A stretch of DNA of 61,150 nt, counting the filler, from Basidiobolus ranarum (taxonomy: Eukaryota), in assembly GCA_040143965.1 (NCBI GenBank). It is 6 parts of 6 records of this genome, joined end to end, with 100 filler letters (N's around TTAATTAATTAA, not from the genome) between each part and the next. Parts side by side here need not be neighbours in the genome. Positions count along the whole stretch, not along the records: positions 10,235 to 20,356 come from JASJQH010000738.1; positions 20,457 to 30,568 come from JASJQH010000739.1; 4 more parts are not named here. One strand, 5' to 3'. Shown piece by piece: positions 11,469 through 23,737 of the stretch. The position numbers and the translations under genes were made by a program. Each line of letters begins with the position of its first letter. Within the stretch, counting starts at the first letter, position 1. A model generated the notes under the pieces. The model was not told where the DNA came from, made no database searches, and worked only from the letters and a program-made list of their open reading frames with translations.

Positions 11469-12246
11469 AACTTTGGAATGGAAACTTTCCACGGTTACTA
11501 TTTAAAGGGTTAATGTATGACGATTATGAAGGATAAAGTTCTAGATATCCAGAAGTGGGTTGAAGATGTCGATTTCGATTAGAGAAAGTGTAACGAAAAT
11601 TAATCTGAACTATTAACAGGACAAGTCTTATGAATGGAGTAATTTATTGAACACGATTTCCAAGGGACTTGGCTACATTCAGGGTTTATACACATTCCCA
11701 ACCTTCTGACCGCACTCCCATCCGCTACGCGCATACTTCATTCGAAAAGCGCTCCTCTAATTCTTTGCGCTCAGATAGTTGGTCGATTCATTCTCCATCA
11801 TACACCATCGTTCAATCAGTGTATATCGAAGATGCAGAATCATCAGGTCAAGTTGATCACTTGGGAAATGCAAATATATGCGATCTTGTAATCTTGGAAA
11901 TGCATCTGTGCACTACGAAAACGCAGGAGCTATATCGTGAGATCTACACCATCTATGGATAAACTGATACAACCATCGGTGTAGCCCCCTGTTTCCAGGT
12001 CTAAAATAATCATGTTTGGATGTTCGTTGCATTAAGGCTACTCCATTCAACAAGATCTTTATTACACAGTGAGAGGCTTTTGAACAATAAAGATGATCGA
12101 AGTCTAAAGATTACTTAATTAAAAGAATAATACTAGAAATTTTACTATAATAGAAACGTATAAAAAATACATAGGATCTATGAAACAAACGCATGAAGGA
12201 AGCTAGTCCATTGATTAGATAGCTCAACATTCAATTCTGTTCAGTC

Positions 12247-15002
12247 CTAAAGAGACAACGTAGCTCTCAAATCGGGCGGAAGGCCAGATACCAGTACATC
12301 TGATTGCTTCTCCAATTTGTCCCTTTGCTTATCAGTAAGGTGGCAATTTCTAGAGCCAGTCGATTCTCCCGAGTCCGCAGGAGACACATCCTCATCACCA
12401 ATTTTCTAATGCAGGAAATGGAAAATGTGCTAAATAACTTGATCAACGCAACAAAGTGACTGACAATGTAGCACTTACCAATTCTTCTTTCACTCTCAAC
12501 AGCAGATCAACGAGCTCTACCTCGTGCTTGCCACTCATCCACTGATTCAAATCCGCATCACATAGTACTTCTAGATACTTACGCTGCAATTCCTTCTGAG
12601 CTTCTGCTGTACGCCATTGAAGCCAAGTAGCAAAATTGCCACATTTTAAAAACTGTCTATAGAAATCCAACCAGTCCGAGTTTCCAAATGTCGTTTTGAA
12701 TTGCACTTGTGGACCTAAGAATAGGAAAGTAAGTAGGCTAACCAACAACATCAGAAATCAAAAACAAAATACCATGTTCCTGTAGTGATTTCATGAAGTC
12801 ATCTTGCTTAAAAGGTTTCAAGCGTGGCGGTTGCTTGGAAGAAGAAAGAGTACTACGGCAGAGGACAAAGATAACATGAGTTACTCGCGAGTCAAGTGGA
12901 AAAAGAGGATTAAGTCATTACATATTAACCGGAATTAAGGTTGAGAAATAGCGGTTGAACGGAACCATAAATTTCTCAGTCAAGTCAATGAAGTGCCGAC
13001 GTAGTGTATTGTTCAAGATGTGTGCTACAACATATTAAGATTATCAGTATAGTTTGAAGGTCGATAGATTGAATAAAGTATTGCTTACGAGAGCGAGCTC
13101 CTTTCGCCACCTCTAAAGCCATGTTTTTGATCAACTTATGATCCCTGGATACAACTCTTTTGCGCTTGGAGGTCAAACCCTGTTATGAACGATAATTTAG
13201 ATACACATCTGATTAGATACGAGAACTCTAACCCACTGACCTGAGAAAACTCTAGCAAAGATGGCGAATAGAAGCGACTTAAAAGCTGTGAAGATCTTTG
13301 CGGGGTCTTCTCGGTCTGCCACTTCCTATAATAGTTCGACTTAAAGAGCCGCTCTTTACCGACATCAAATCACTTTGAAAATTTACTTGTTTATCCGTGA
13401 TTGCCCGATTCTAAGATGATGCGGCCAATGTTCCAAAGCCCTATCAAAAAACGGGTTGGTGACGCCAAGAATTACGGCGGATGGGATCTGAAATTTGCAA
13501 CGGTTAGTCAATCAAATCAGGCGACATCAAAGGACATGAATAAAGCTCACTCGGTTTTTGTTGATGTACGTTTTAAAATCGGAATCCTGGATCGTAAAAT
13601 AGGGCCGGAAATCTCCACAATACGGAACCTAATGGGAGAATGATGTTAGTTCTAGTTTACTACAGGCTTGTTTTGATTAGTATTTACCGGAGATATCATG
13701 TCGATCAGCGCGGTAACAGTCTCACTACAAGTGGCTGGTGATTGAGACGTTACGACGATGGGCTCACCTAGCAATACCAGCTCCCAACAGAGCCACATGT
13801 CTCCTATGATTTCGTGGAATTGGTTATACATTGCATCATGAACTACAGATGCGAGTATCTAAAGATGAAAATTGTCATAAATATGGCATGGATCTGGTTC
13901 AAGTGTCACCACCCTTACGTACCTGATTCTCTGGATCCATGGTCTTCATATTGAAAGAGCTACTTTCCAGTAGTTGAGGCTTGTGCACTAAAGGAATTTC
14001 AGCTTGAACAACGGTCCCCAAAAAAGGTAACTCAAACGTTTGACCAGGAACTGGTGGACCCCTAAAACACCACTAGGTTAACCACTATACTGCGTCAGGC
14101 CATAATTTGTATAAATTTACCAGCTAGCTATATTATGACATGCAGCTTCTAACATTGGTCGACCTATATCATACAAGAGTGGGCCGAGAAGTGCAATTAT
14201 ACGACTAAACAAGCCATAAAATGGGTAGACAGTAAGAAGTACAAGAGATTTCTAAAGAAGGTTTTAGTTTTAAAACACAAGTATTGTTCAACAAACATGA
14301 ACCACCAACAAACCTGGAAATAGCCTCTACGAAGCAAAGGATCTTTTTTCTGTCGGAAAAATACAAAACCATAGAGATATTCGTGGTTTTCTAAGTATTC
14401 TTTAGTATAAGTATATCGATGAATAAGGACTTTGAGTAAATACCATTATAGAAATTTTCTTGGAGAAGTTGAGATCTGATACGAAAATGAAAAACGGTAT
14501 CACCAACACCAAACACGTTTGTATCAGGAAAAGCAGAGAAGCAACTATTCTCACAGAAAGTTTAACACAGATTTGAAAGGAATTCTTGACAATACTTGGG
14601 AGCTTACATGTTTTTGGAGTCTGTCTCTGAGAGCTTCATTGGAGGGAAAATGAAATCCAAAGCTTTGATTAAAAAGCAAATCCATTTATAGTAAAGAAAT
14701 TTCAAATTTAGTAAATGGATAAACATGAACATCCTTTAAAATCTCGCACGCACTGTCTCATGCATAACTATTTATATACAAAACCCACCCTGTCCAAGTT
14801 CCAAATCAAAGTTAACCTGGCAAAAGCCGATGATCCACTGTTGAAAGCGATCTAAAGCCAATTGTTCGACCACATCCCAACTCACTCGGTTTTGTGAAGA
14901 TAGATAAGTAGGAGTCGATGTACTGGAATTTTGTATGGATGTTAAAGCCGGAATTGATTCGGCAGAGCTTTTGACGGGTAAGGATCTTGGCCTCGTATCC
15001 AT
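12247..15002 (-). CDS. DENND6: DENN-domain Rab GEF of the DENND6/FAM116 (Afi1-like) family, multi-exon
   Basis: Exon motifs: [101 protein letters not shown], and C-terminal [11 protein letters not shown]. Confidence 0.88.
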
Positions 15003-16699
15003 CAAATGAAAATCTACACCAGGTAAGACTGGAGGGAAAGTATGTAGGTGGTTGCTTCTGCAAGTAGTATATGTTTCGATTACAAAGGCTAATTTGTCTT
15101 CACTCACCAAAAACGGAGCTAGGGAGAAAGGAGATACTGAAAATAGGATGCTCTAAAAGTATCACTATACAAACTATACTTAACGTGGCTGACGTGACTT
15201 CCTGATCACTAACACTGTATAGGAATCTAGAAAGATACGTTATTACTGGTACAGAGCTGATAATTAATCAGAAGATATTGATCATTCCGGATCACGCTGA
15301 TTCATCTTAAATCAAGATGGGGGGATTTCTCCAAAATTTGGATTTCCAATCGATTCTTGCTGGTAGTTCCAAAATTTTCAGACGGAGTAGATACCAGCGC
15401 TAACTTCCCAATAAGAGCCTAATATATGCATTTATCCAGGAACTTGATTTTGAATGGTATTTCAAGAGAAGCGACTGTCCCTAACCCCAAACAATTGGAT
15501 CTGATCGACATTTGGAAACCGGTAGGGGCATGAAAGCATATATACTTGTTAGAGAGCTGCCTTGATCGTATCCGGGATGTTCTAAAATTAGATAGATGAA
15601 CACTGGTTTGGCGCCAGCAAAATTAGAGTTAATTTGTAGGCGATACACTTGAAGCACAGCAAAATGCGAGTATTTAGCTCAATAGGCTACATATGCATAT
15701 TGGTTGTGGGACCGGATGTCTCCGTAGGTATTTGCACCACCCTCCTCTATCAAGTTTGACATATGACTTGCATAGAATACGAGAAGCTAAGCCGTATATG
15801 GCTTAAGAATCAAGAGTGTGGACAGTTGGCAACTATGGAGTTAATCATAACCTCACCGTTGGCCACCCATGAGAATCCCGTATTCAGCATAGTTTGCTTA
15901 CGACTAATATGATGCGACAACCAAATATGTACGCAATTTCGGTTGTATCAGCACGGTAAATACCCTCTTAAATAGCAATAAATCCATGCAGAAATACGTC
16001 AGATCGAGTGCCTATTGGTCAAACATCTTGCTAAGGGAGAGTTGTTTATTATGCAGCTTTTGCCATGCTTTTAGTTAGAAAAGCGTAGCCCATATCCTGA
16101 CATGACAAAGATAGCTAATTATTTAGGAATACACCAGATTTGGCTAACCCCGTAGTTCATATTCCGTTGGAAGGTTGACTTTCTCATGACATAAGAGAAC
16201 CATACTTCATACTGTTAACAACAAACTTGGTGAGATTTAAGGAATTTCTAAGTGATCCATCCACGATCCAAAATAAAAGAACAACGAACCCTCTTATCTT
16301 CAAGCGACAATCAGTTATAATGTAAAGACCTTTTTGGCAAACCCCTTTGAGATACACAGTCTGATAATAATGATGTCGGGAGTCTTGTCCATAACACATA
16401 CGATGTTAATTAGAACACTTTGTGGCGTCTCGGCCAAAGCCATTTGTTGGCAATTTGAAACAGTGAAATACGGGAAAACACTCGATATTTGTTTTTATGA
16501 GTAAATAATTAATTTACTTTATATCTGGACTTGCTGAATACCTATCAAGTCCCGAAAAAGATCATAATGTATATGTTACGTGAAATACAAGAGAAGTGGC
16601 TTGAACGATGAGGTACAGAGAAGATACAGTCCAAAGCGTTATAAAGAATTCCTTAATATGGTTCAACGATAGTTAGCCACATCCACTATGCAATAACCA

Positions 16700-17304
16700 T
16701 TAAAAGGCCATCTCTTCTGTGCCTCCATACAAAGCTGAAGGATTGTTCAGAAGATCATTGACTTTGCAGCGTAATTCTTCATCTTGTTCACTTGATTTAT
16801 CTTGCATCCAGAAAAACATGCGTAGAGAAGAGGATTTAAATTTCAAAACGTAAACACGTCCGTTAGACTCCTCCACTTTGAGGAATTCCGCCTCATCAGG
16901 GAAAATGATTAGATCCTGGAAGTAAGGTTAATATAAAAATACACAGGGAACTAGGAGAGACAGGTTTCATGAATTACATCTTCTATAGCATTTGTTTTAC
17001 GATCTTTCCAGTAAAAATGCATCAAGGAGTCCTCGCCCTATCCAAAACTATTTAGTAAGCTGCTTTAAAGGCTGGCCTTAACAGTGGCGATACTTACTTG
17101 CTTGAGATATAGGAGTCTTTAGTTGAATGAAAAAAGTACAAGTTAGATAGATTTTCATATGCATCAAAGACATTCAATTACTAACCCTTTTCTAGTATCT
17201 GGCTTGACAATGCTGGTGTCTCCTTCACGAAGACACTTACCAGCTTTGAACTCGACCAGGTTTTTGCTCCGTTGTACTGGTTGTGGAAATAATGAAGTGG
17301 CCAT
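16700..17304 (-). CDS. RPN13: Proteasome ubiquitin receptor Rpn13/ADRM1, Pru domain only, 137 aa; exons 17304-17186, 17116-17098, 17037-16978, 16915-16700
   Basis: LVEFKAGK...[40 protein letters not shown]...[19 protein letters not shown]. The spliced CDS is 414 nt and in frame. Confidence 0.9.
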
Positions 17305-18175
17305 AATTGCTAGATTAGGATATAAGTAGATATCGGTAGAAAGGAAGCAGAGTTTAATATAGGTAGGTAAATATTCTTCGTGAATAGTTCTACCAGATAG
17401 TGTATTTGTTATGAGTACAAGTTGATGAGTGATGTTGGATTTTTTCAGAAAAGTAACCTACGTAATCCACCCATCAAGCCTGAATATGTAACCACGTGCT
17501 CCCAACAATTCGGCGATCTGGTAAGTTCCAATAATCTAAATTGATTTATTATAATGACTACAAAACCTTTTGAGCACAGCATAGCGATTAAGCAAACCTG
17601 GAAAGACAGAACATATTTTGATATCGAACAAGGACATTAAATGCTTACAACAGTTGGTCCGAGCTTTGCATGAAATATTAACCAATTCAATCATAGAAAT
17701 AAACTTTCCAATCGCATAGAAGCATTTGCTTTCGGGATTTTCTTTCAAAATGAATGACTCCACGTGGTTAAAGAGTACTCTGTCGTGATCTATTCTGAGA
17801 TGTAAATAAATGTATATAACTTAATAATGGACTATCATCTATGAAATACTACAAGGCCTACGAGCTTGAACAACAGATGGCCCATTCTTCATTTACGTCC
17901 ACACATATCCGCTTTCTACAAGCCATGGTACAATTATGTCTCGTTTCAATCATGGCTAGTTACGCATGCTGCATACTTAATGGACATTCATCAATCCAAT
18001 TAGGCACAATAGCATTGTGTAGGGATTATAACTTGTAGGTACCGAAAGTGAAGCAAATTACTAATCCTACCGACTAAGGAATATAAGCCACAAGTCTATC
18101 TACGAATAATAATATTATACCAAGTAGTTTGTTGTAAAGGAAATGAAAACACCCTCAATAAAGGGAGCGATAAAT

Positions 18176-19148
18176 TTATTCTTGTTGGGCACGAGCGAAA
18201 GCAACCTTCTTTTGTTCAACCTTGTTGCGGCGTTGTTTAAGGTTGAGCTTAAGTTTGTGGTAACGCTTGGTCTTCTCACCAGCGGCAGGCTTCTTCTTTT
18301 CAGTAGGGGTGAAGGAAGGATCCTCGCGAATCTTTTGATGAGCAGCTTCATACATCTCTTCAATATTGTCCTCAGTAAGACCAGCTTCGAGATACTTGGC
18401 GAATTGACGCTTGTATTTCTCTTCATCATCTTCAGCAAGATAACTCATATATTCAGCAACGTGACCACCATAGATGTAACTACGGAGAACTTCAGAATCT
18501 AAGGATTTGGATTCGGCATCGTAACCAGGGAAACGGTTTTCAGAGTGGGGAATGAAAATACCACCATCAGAAGCACCTTTGAGGGCGGCGAACACACGGG
18601 AACCGGTGGTTGTGCGTTTCAAACCAACATCAAGGAAGGCCTTGAAGGGACGGGGTGCGTCTTCAAGTTCCTCAACAAGTGAAACAGTACCGTCAGCCTC
18701 TTCAACACCTTGGTACTTGTCAGCAAGACCAAGCTTGGTCAAGACACGACGAGCAACCAAGAGACCAGTACAGTATGCAGCGGCGTAGTTAGTGAGACCA
18801 ACCTTGACACCATATTTAGGTAATTCGTGGGCATATGCGGAAGCTAATACAAAGTCACCTTGGATTTTAGCGTAGACGATTTGGCAGATAATGTCAGAGT
18901 TGGTGAAACGAACGACCAATCTGTACTTGGGAGAGTTGTATTTGTTCTTGGCTTGAACGACAAGGCGTTTACGAGCATAATAGTCGGTCTTTCCCTCTCT
19001 TCTTCTTCTGTATTTAACTTGGAAACGCTTGAAATAAGCCTTGTTTTTGACTAATTTGACGAATGGCTAAAAGGAAAACTGATGAGTTTCAATACAGAGA
19101 CATCCATCCCAATGGATGGAACCGTAGAAAATAATGATATCTTACCAT
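18176..19148 (-). CDS. RPL5: 60S ribosomal protein uL18 (L5), 297 aa; exon 1 is the ATG alone (19148-19146), exon 2 is 19066-18176
   Basis: [36 protein letters not shown]...[18 protein letters not shown], with strong codon bias. Confidence 0.97.
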
Positions 19149-19454
19149 GATGACGGCCTATTATAAGTGAAGCTCTAGAAAGTAAAAAGAAGGTGTACGC
19201 TCTAATTCAATCAAATTTTATAATCATCTGTCCTCGGTCAGATATTTTCTAGGTGGTATCCTTGATGGTAATTCGTAAAATCAATGCTGATCTAACGCTA
19301 GTGTTTTACACTTGAATGGATTAAATTATTGATGAGTCAGAGAATTTTTTCAGTCGCTTTCAGAAACTTGACTTCATATAGCGCTGTAAGTTCTATTTTT
19401 TTATATTGGAAATAATTCAAAACATCCCTTTTTAGATACCACAAGCTTGACAAG

Positions 19455-20356
19455 ATGTCTTCCAATAGAGATTATATCTTACAAAAATACTTGTCTTCTA
19501 CTTCAATCGACGAAACGAAGAAAAAAAAGAAAAAGTCAAAAAGTACAAAGTCAGTAATTAAGCAAGCAAATCTTTGTATTGTAGATGATGATCTTGGAAG
19601 TTGGCCTTCCCACAGCGAGAGAAAATCCAATTACACAGGTATGTTTGTCAAGTTCATTTTTTGGCATACCCGACCACAATAAACCAACTGTTCAAGGCTC
19701 CATAGATAGCGATCTCACTGTCCAGAAGAAGCCTGCCTTTAAAAAACCTTCTGATAGTGGTTGGCAAACAATCCGAGAGGCAGAAATCCCTACCAACTTT
19801 ATAGAAGAGGATGAGTTACCAATCATAGTTCCTGGAGGTATTTTTGTACTATTATGTAGCAGCTTTATTAGTGCTTAATCTAATATATTGTAGAGTTTAC
19901 GGAAGCGGACCTACGTGCATCACAAAAGAAGAAAGTTGAACAGGAGGAGAGAAATATAGCACCTACTACGAGTACTGTAAATTATGCACTTGCTCACTTT
20001 GCATCCACATTAATATATTTTTGTACATTTCAGCCACCCAGAAAGATCTGAATGAACGTAAACGCCGTTCAGCGACTCCACCACCATCTGCCCAACGAAA
20101 AGCCCCACTTTCACCTGAAATTCCACCAGCTGATGATGGTCTCAAAATGTCAAATGGTGCTTCTGCTGGATTGCAAAATGCCGATACTTTAAAGGCTGAT
20201 ATGACTCGTAGACAAAACGATTTACGCAAAAGATTCGAAGAAATGGACCCTACAGTGAGTGGACAGCATGCAGAAACAATATACCGTGATAAAACAGGTA
20301 AAAAGATTAGTTTATCGACTCAACGAGCAGAGCTTGCCGCCCAAAAAAGAAAGGAG
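19455..20356 (+). CDS. BUD13: RES-complex splicing factor Bud13/Cwc26, multi-exon, 3'-truncated by the contig end
   Basis: N-terminal YLQKYLS...KKKKKK, then MSNGASAGLQ and the hallmark GQHAETIYRDKTGKKI. Head-to-head with RPL5. Confidence 0.85.
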
Positions 20357-20456
20357 NNNNNNNNNNNNNNNNNNNNNNNNNNNNNNNNNNNNNNNNNNNN
20401 TTAATTAATTAANNNNNNNNNNNNNNNNNNNNNNNNNNNNNNNNNNNNNNNNNNNN
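20357..20456. other. Artificial contig-joining linker
   Basis: N run + TTAATTAATTAA + N run. Confidence 0.98.
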
Positions 20457-21500
20457 GTCTCTTTGCGGTATTAACGTAGAAAGCTGTGGCTATAGATTGC
20501 AATAAGAGTGAAGGTTCAATCTTGTCATTACTTGATTTACAAGAGATGATTGGCAAGTCATTCCATCTGCTCGGTTTTCATTATTAAAGGGCAACATGTC
20601 AAAGAAATCTCAATTTTTCATACATTAAAAGCATCCCCTTTAACTACTTAAGCAAGCAATCCTCACGAATGTTGGAATGAATAGCATTATCTAAACTGTC
20701 CAAATCTTTCATACGATCTTGCTAACACTCCATGTACTATCTTCATATTGCTATTAAGTAGATATACTTCTAATCTTGATGTATTTACCAATGTTCTGTA
20801 TCGTATCGTAGCACTTCGCAATATACTATCAAAGCATCATTGGGTCAGCAACTGTATCTGACAGTATATCTACCTGTCAAATTGCCTATAATAGTTTTGG
20901 ATGCAAAGAAAGAACAGAGACAAGAATCTGGTAGTCAGAAGATACTTCAGTGCAGACCAGAGGACAAGATAATGTATGACACAGCTTAGGATCAAGATAC
21001 TTTCATATTAGGTTGAGTAAAATAGTGGAAGTTTGTCATCTCTGTCATACTCATGATCCCTATCTTTATAAGCCCAACCATTTCCTGTATCGAATCTAAT
21101 GAGTTGACTTTATTCAAATATTGCTTTGTTCAAAATCAGAGTATGTATTAATGATTGATTTAAATTATCAAAGAATTAGCAATGCTGAACTAACCTTTGG
21201 CTCCCACTGATGCTCAAAGAATAATCACATGGTTTATTTTAAGTTAGACTACTTACAGTATGAATACTTTATTGCAGGTCAATGAATATCTATATCTGAA
21301 ACTTAGTATCTTCAAACTCTTTGCACAAATATCAAATTCTCTATAAATTGGCAAGGCCAGAGAATAGAAATCAAATCAGAGATTGGATGGCCATTGAAGA
21401 GTCATATACTTATCTATGAGAAATCTAATGTAAATATACCCATGGCCAGCCATTATTGATTAGGTCTTTTGGAGAATTTTTAGTGGAATAGTTTTCTAAT

Positions 21501-21831
21501 TGATGAAATTTGCATTGCCTAAACACCTTTATAGTCATATATAGCTTAGTATTTAGTTATCCTATATGCAACCAAGATATCACCCATTATTTAATATTGA
21601 AATTTACTTAAAAAGTTCTCAGATATATAGACCTTGCAAACCTGTGCTAGAAGCCCCAAACTTGACACATATGCTCCTGGGACCTTACTTAGCACATTAT
21701 TCACATTAATCTGTCTATATCTTGACAAAACTATAAATATCAACCAAATACTCAATAAGTCAACAAGTGAAAGCTGCCAATTTCTCTAATTCTCCAAACC
21801 ACTTCCAACAGGCTTTCAAAATATTTCAACA
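21501..21831 (+). mobile_element. Solo LTR of a Ty1/Copia retrotransposon (copy A) with a probable 5-bp TSD
   Basis: TG...CA ends. Similar to the LTR at 31787-32114, sharing GCATTGCCTAA, GTGCTAGAAGCCCCAAACT and CCACTTCCAACAGG. Flanks are CTAAT and CTAAC. Confidence 0.85.
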
Positions 21832-22904
21832 CTAACAAGGTACTTTGTATAGTGCAGTATTGGGATGGCAAGCAAGGATACTCTCTTTGTTGTAGAAACA
21901 TGATTTATAGACTTGCTGAGACATGTGTAATAGGTTCACCAAGAGTAGAATCATGATGCTTTCTCTTTCAAGTTATACATATGTTGTGTAGAGAGTCAAC
22001 AATAGGGTTGTATTCTGAGTTTATGCGGGTGTAAAGTGAGCCAAATGGCAAAAAATACTGATACTGTTGGATATTTAATCTTTATTCAACATCATAGTTA
22101 ACTTTAGTTATAATACATACATCAGAAACAGAAAGCAATGTATTTGTAGCCCCTATATTCTAAATAGGAATATCTCTGTATCTATATAACAAGTATGTCT
22201 TATTACCCCCACTTATCTATTATATCTTATAGCACAAACTCCTGAATATCTCAAACAATTGATTTACTTTTCTACTATATAAGTCACTATATACTCTTAA
22301 GAATAAAGTAACTAAAAACACACTATCATAAGTTGCTTCTAATACCCAAAGTCTACCCCCATTATGTCAAGATCCTCCAACAGTTACTACATAGACTTGC
22401 CTGTTTTCTAAATAAGTGGCTATTATGTGATTATTATTTTACTTCATAGAGCTTCACTCTGAAAATACATAATGAGATAGCTTTCAAGTTCACTAACTTA
22501 ATGAAAAAACCAAAACAAAATTCAGAATGTTCACATTTTCAAGAAACTAGCAACTTGTTCAAATAAAGAAATTAAAATAAAATGAAAGTAGTTCTTCTTC
22601 AAATATAGATTTATCTTTCTTGGAACATATACTTGAACTCTGTATTTATTAAAAGAGAATATATTTAGGAAATTGCTATACTTGAGAGTATCTATATAGA
22701 ATATCAAATTCAATGGTTGAAAAATACTCTCAATATAAGAAGTACCATCTGTAGCAGAAGTCTATCAAGTGCAAGTGAAGTTCTATATTTTTATGTTTAT
22801 ACATGTAGTCTCTGCACCTAACCAGCAATCCATTTTGAGAGCTATATATATTTACATATACTCTGATTAGGACTCTGTATAATATGGTGAATTTCCTCTC
22901 AACT

Positions 22905-23246
22905 TGTTGAAATTAACATTGCCCAAACACCTATATAGTCCAATATAGCTTGGCACTTTGTTATCCTATGTTTCACTCAAATGTTACACATTATTCTCAA
23001 TTGCAACTTGGATTATTTTTACCAACCTAGAAGTTCTCAGATATATCAATTTGGATCACATGTGCTAGAAGCCCCAAACTTGCACACATGTTCCTGGGAC
23101 CTTCCTTAACACATTTCACACATTAATTTGCTTACATCTTGCCAAACTATATATATCAAAGTTCTACTCAATGAATCCAGAAGTGAAAACCACCAATTTC
23201 TTTAGTTCTCCAAACCACTTCCAACAGGCTCCCAAAATTCTTCAAC
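22905..23246 (+). mobile_element. Solo LTR, Copia family (copy B), followed by a short partial LTR fragment at about 23247-23290
   Basis: TGTTGAAATTAACATTGCCC...CTTCAACA, with the same conserved blocks as copies A and C. Confidence 0.85.
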
Positions 23247-23389
23247 AATATATAGCTTAATATTTAGTAATTGCATATTTCACTAAGATAAAATTGAATA
23301 TAATTCAAATATTTTCACCATCAACCAAGAGCATAAGTTCTTTCAACTTACAATCCATCTGAAGAATGGGTTACAGAGAGTCTGTATAC

Positions 23390-23737
23390 TGTTGAAATTA
23401 GCATTGCCTAAACACTTATATAGTCATATATAGCTTAGTACTTAGTAATCTAATAATTCACTAAGATATTATCCTTTATTCTCATAAGGAATTTACTTGG
23501 AATATTCTTACCAACTTAGAAGTTCTCAGATATATAGATTTTTCAAACTTGTGCTAGAAGCCCCAAACTTTGCACACATGTTGCTGGGACCTTTCTTAAC
23601 ACATTCTACATGTTAGTTTGTTTACATCTTGACAAAACTATAAATGTCAACTTTCTACTCAATAAATCATTAAGTGAAAACCACCAATTGCTCTAATTCT
23701 CCAAACCACTTCCAACAGGCTCCCAAATACTTTAACG
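23390..23737 (+). mobile_element. Solo LTR, Copia family (copy C)
   Basis: TGTTGAAATTAGCATTGCCTAA...CCCAAATACTTTAACG. It appears to be the closest copy to the element-attached LTR in contig 4. Confidence 0.85.

Noticed and set aside
17423-17483. TGATGA...CTGA pair upstream of RPN13; a similar pair lies at about 51445-51517
   Set aside because: There is no recognisable rRNA or snRNA antisense element and no host intron, so chance occurrence is likely.
18115-19054. Several ORFs overlapping RPL5; similar shadows occur over QCR2, UGD1, eIF3g, ANKRD13 and the GPCR
   Set aside because: They are antisense or alternate-frame shadows of strongly codon-biased genes.
19079-19135. CTGATGA plus hairpins (CATCCAT-CCCA-ATGGATG) in the RPL5 intron, resembling a hammerhead core
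   Set aside because: No GAAA follows the putative stem II, and it lies on the non-transcribed strand.
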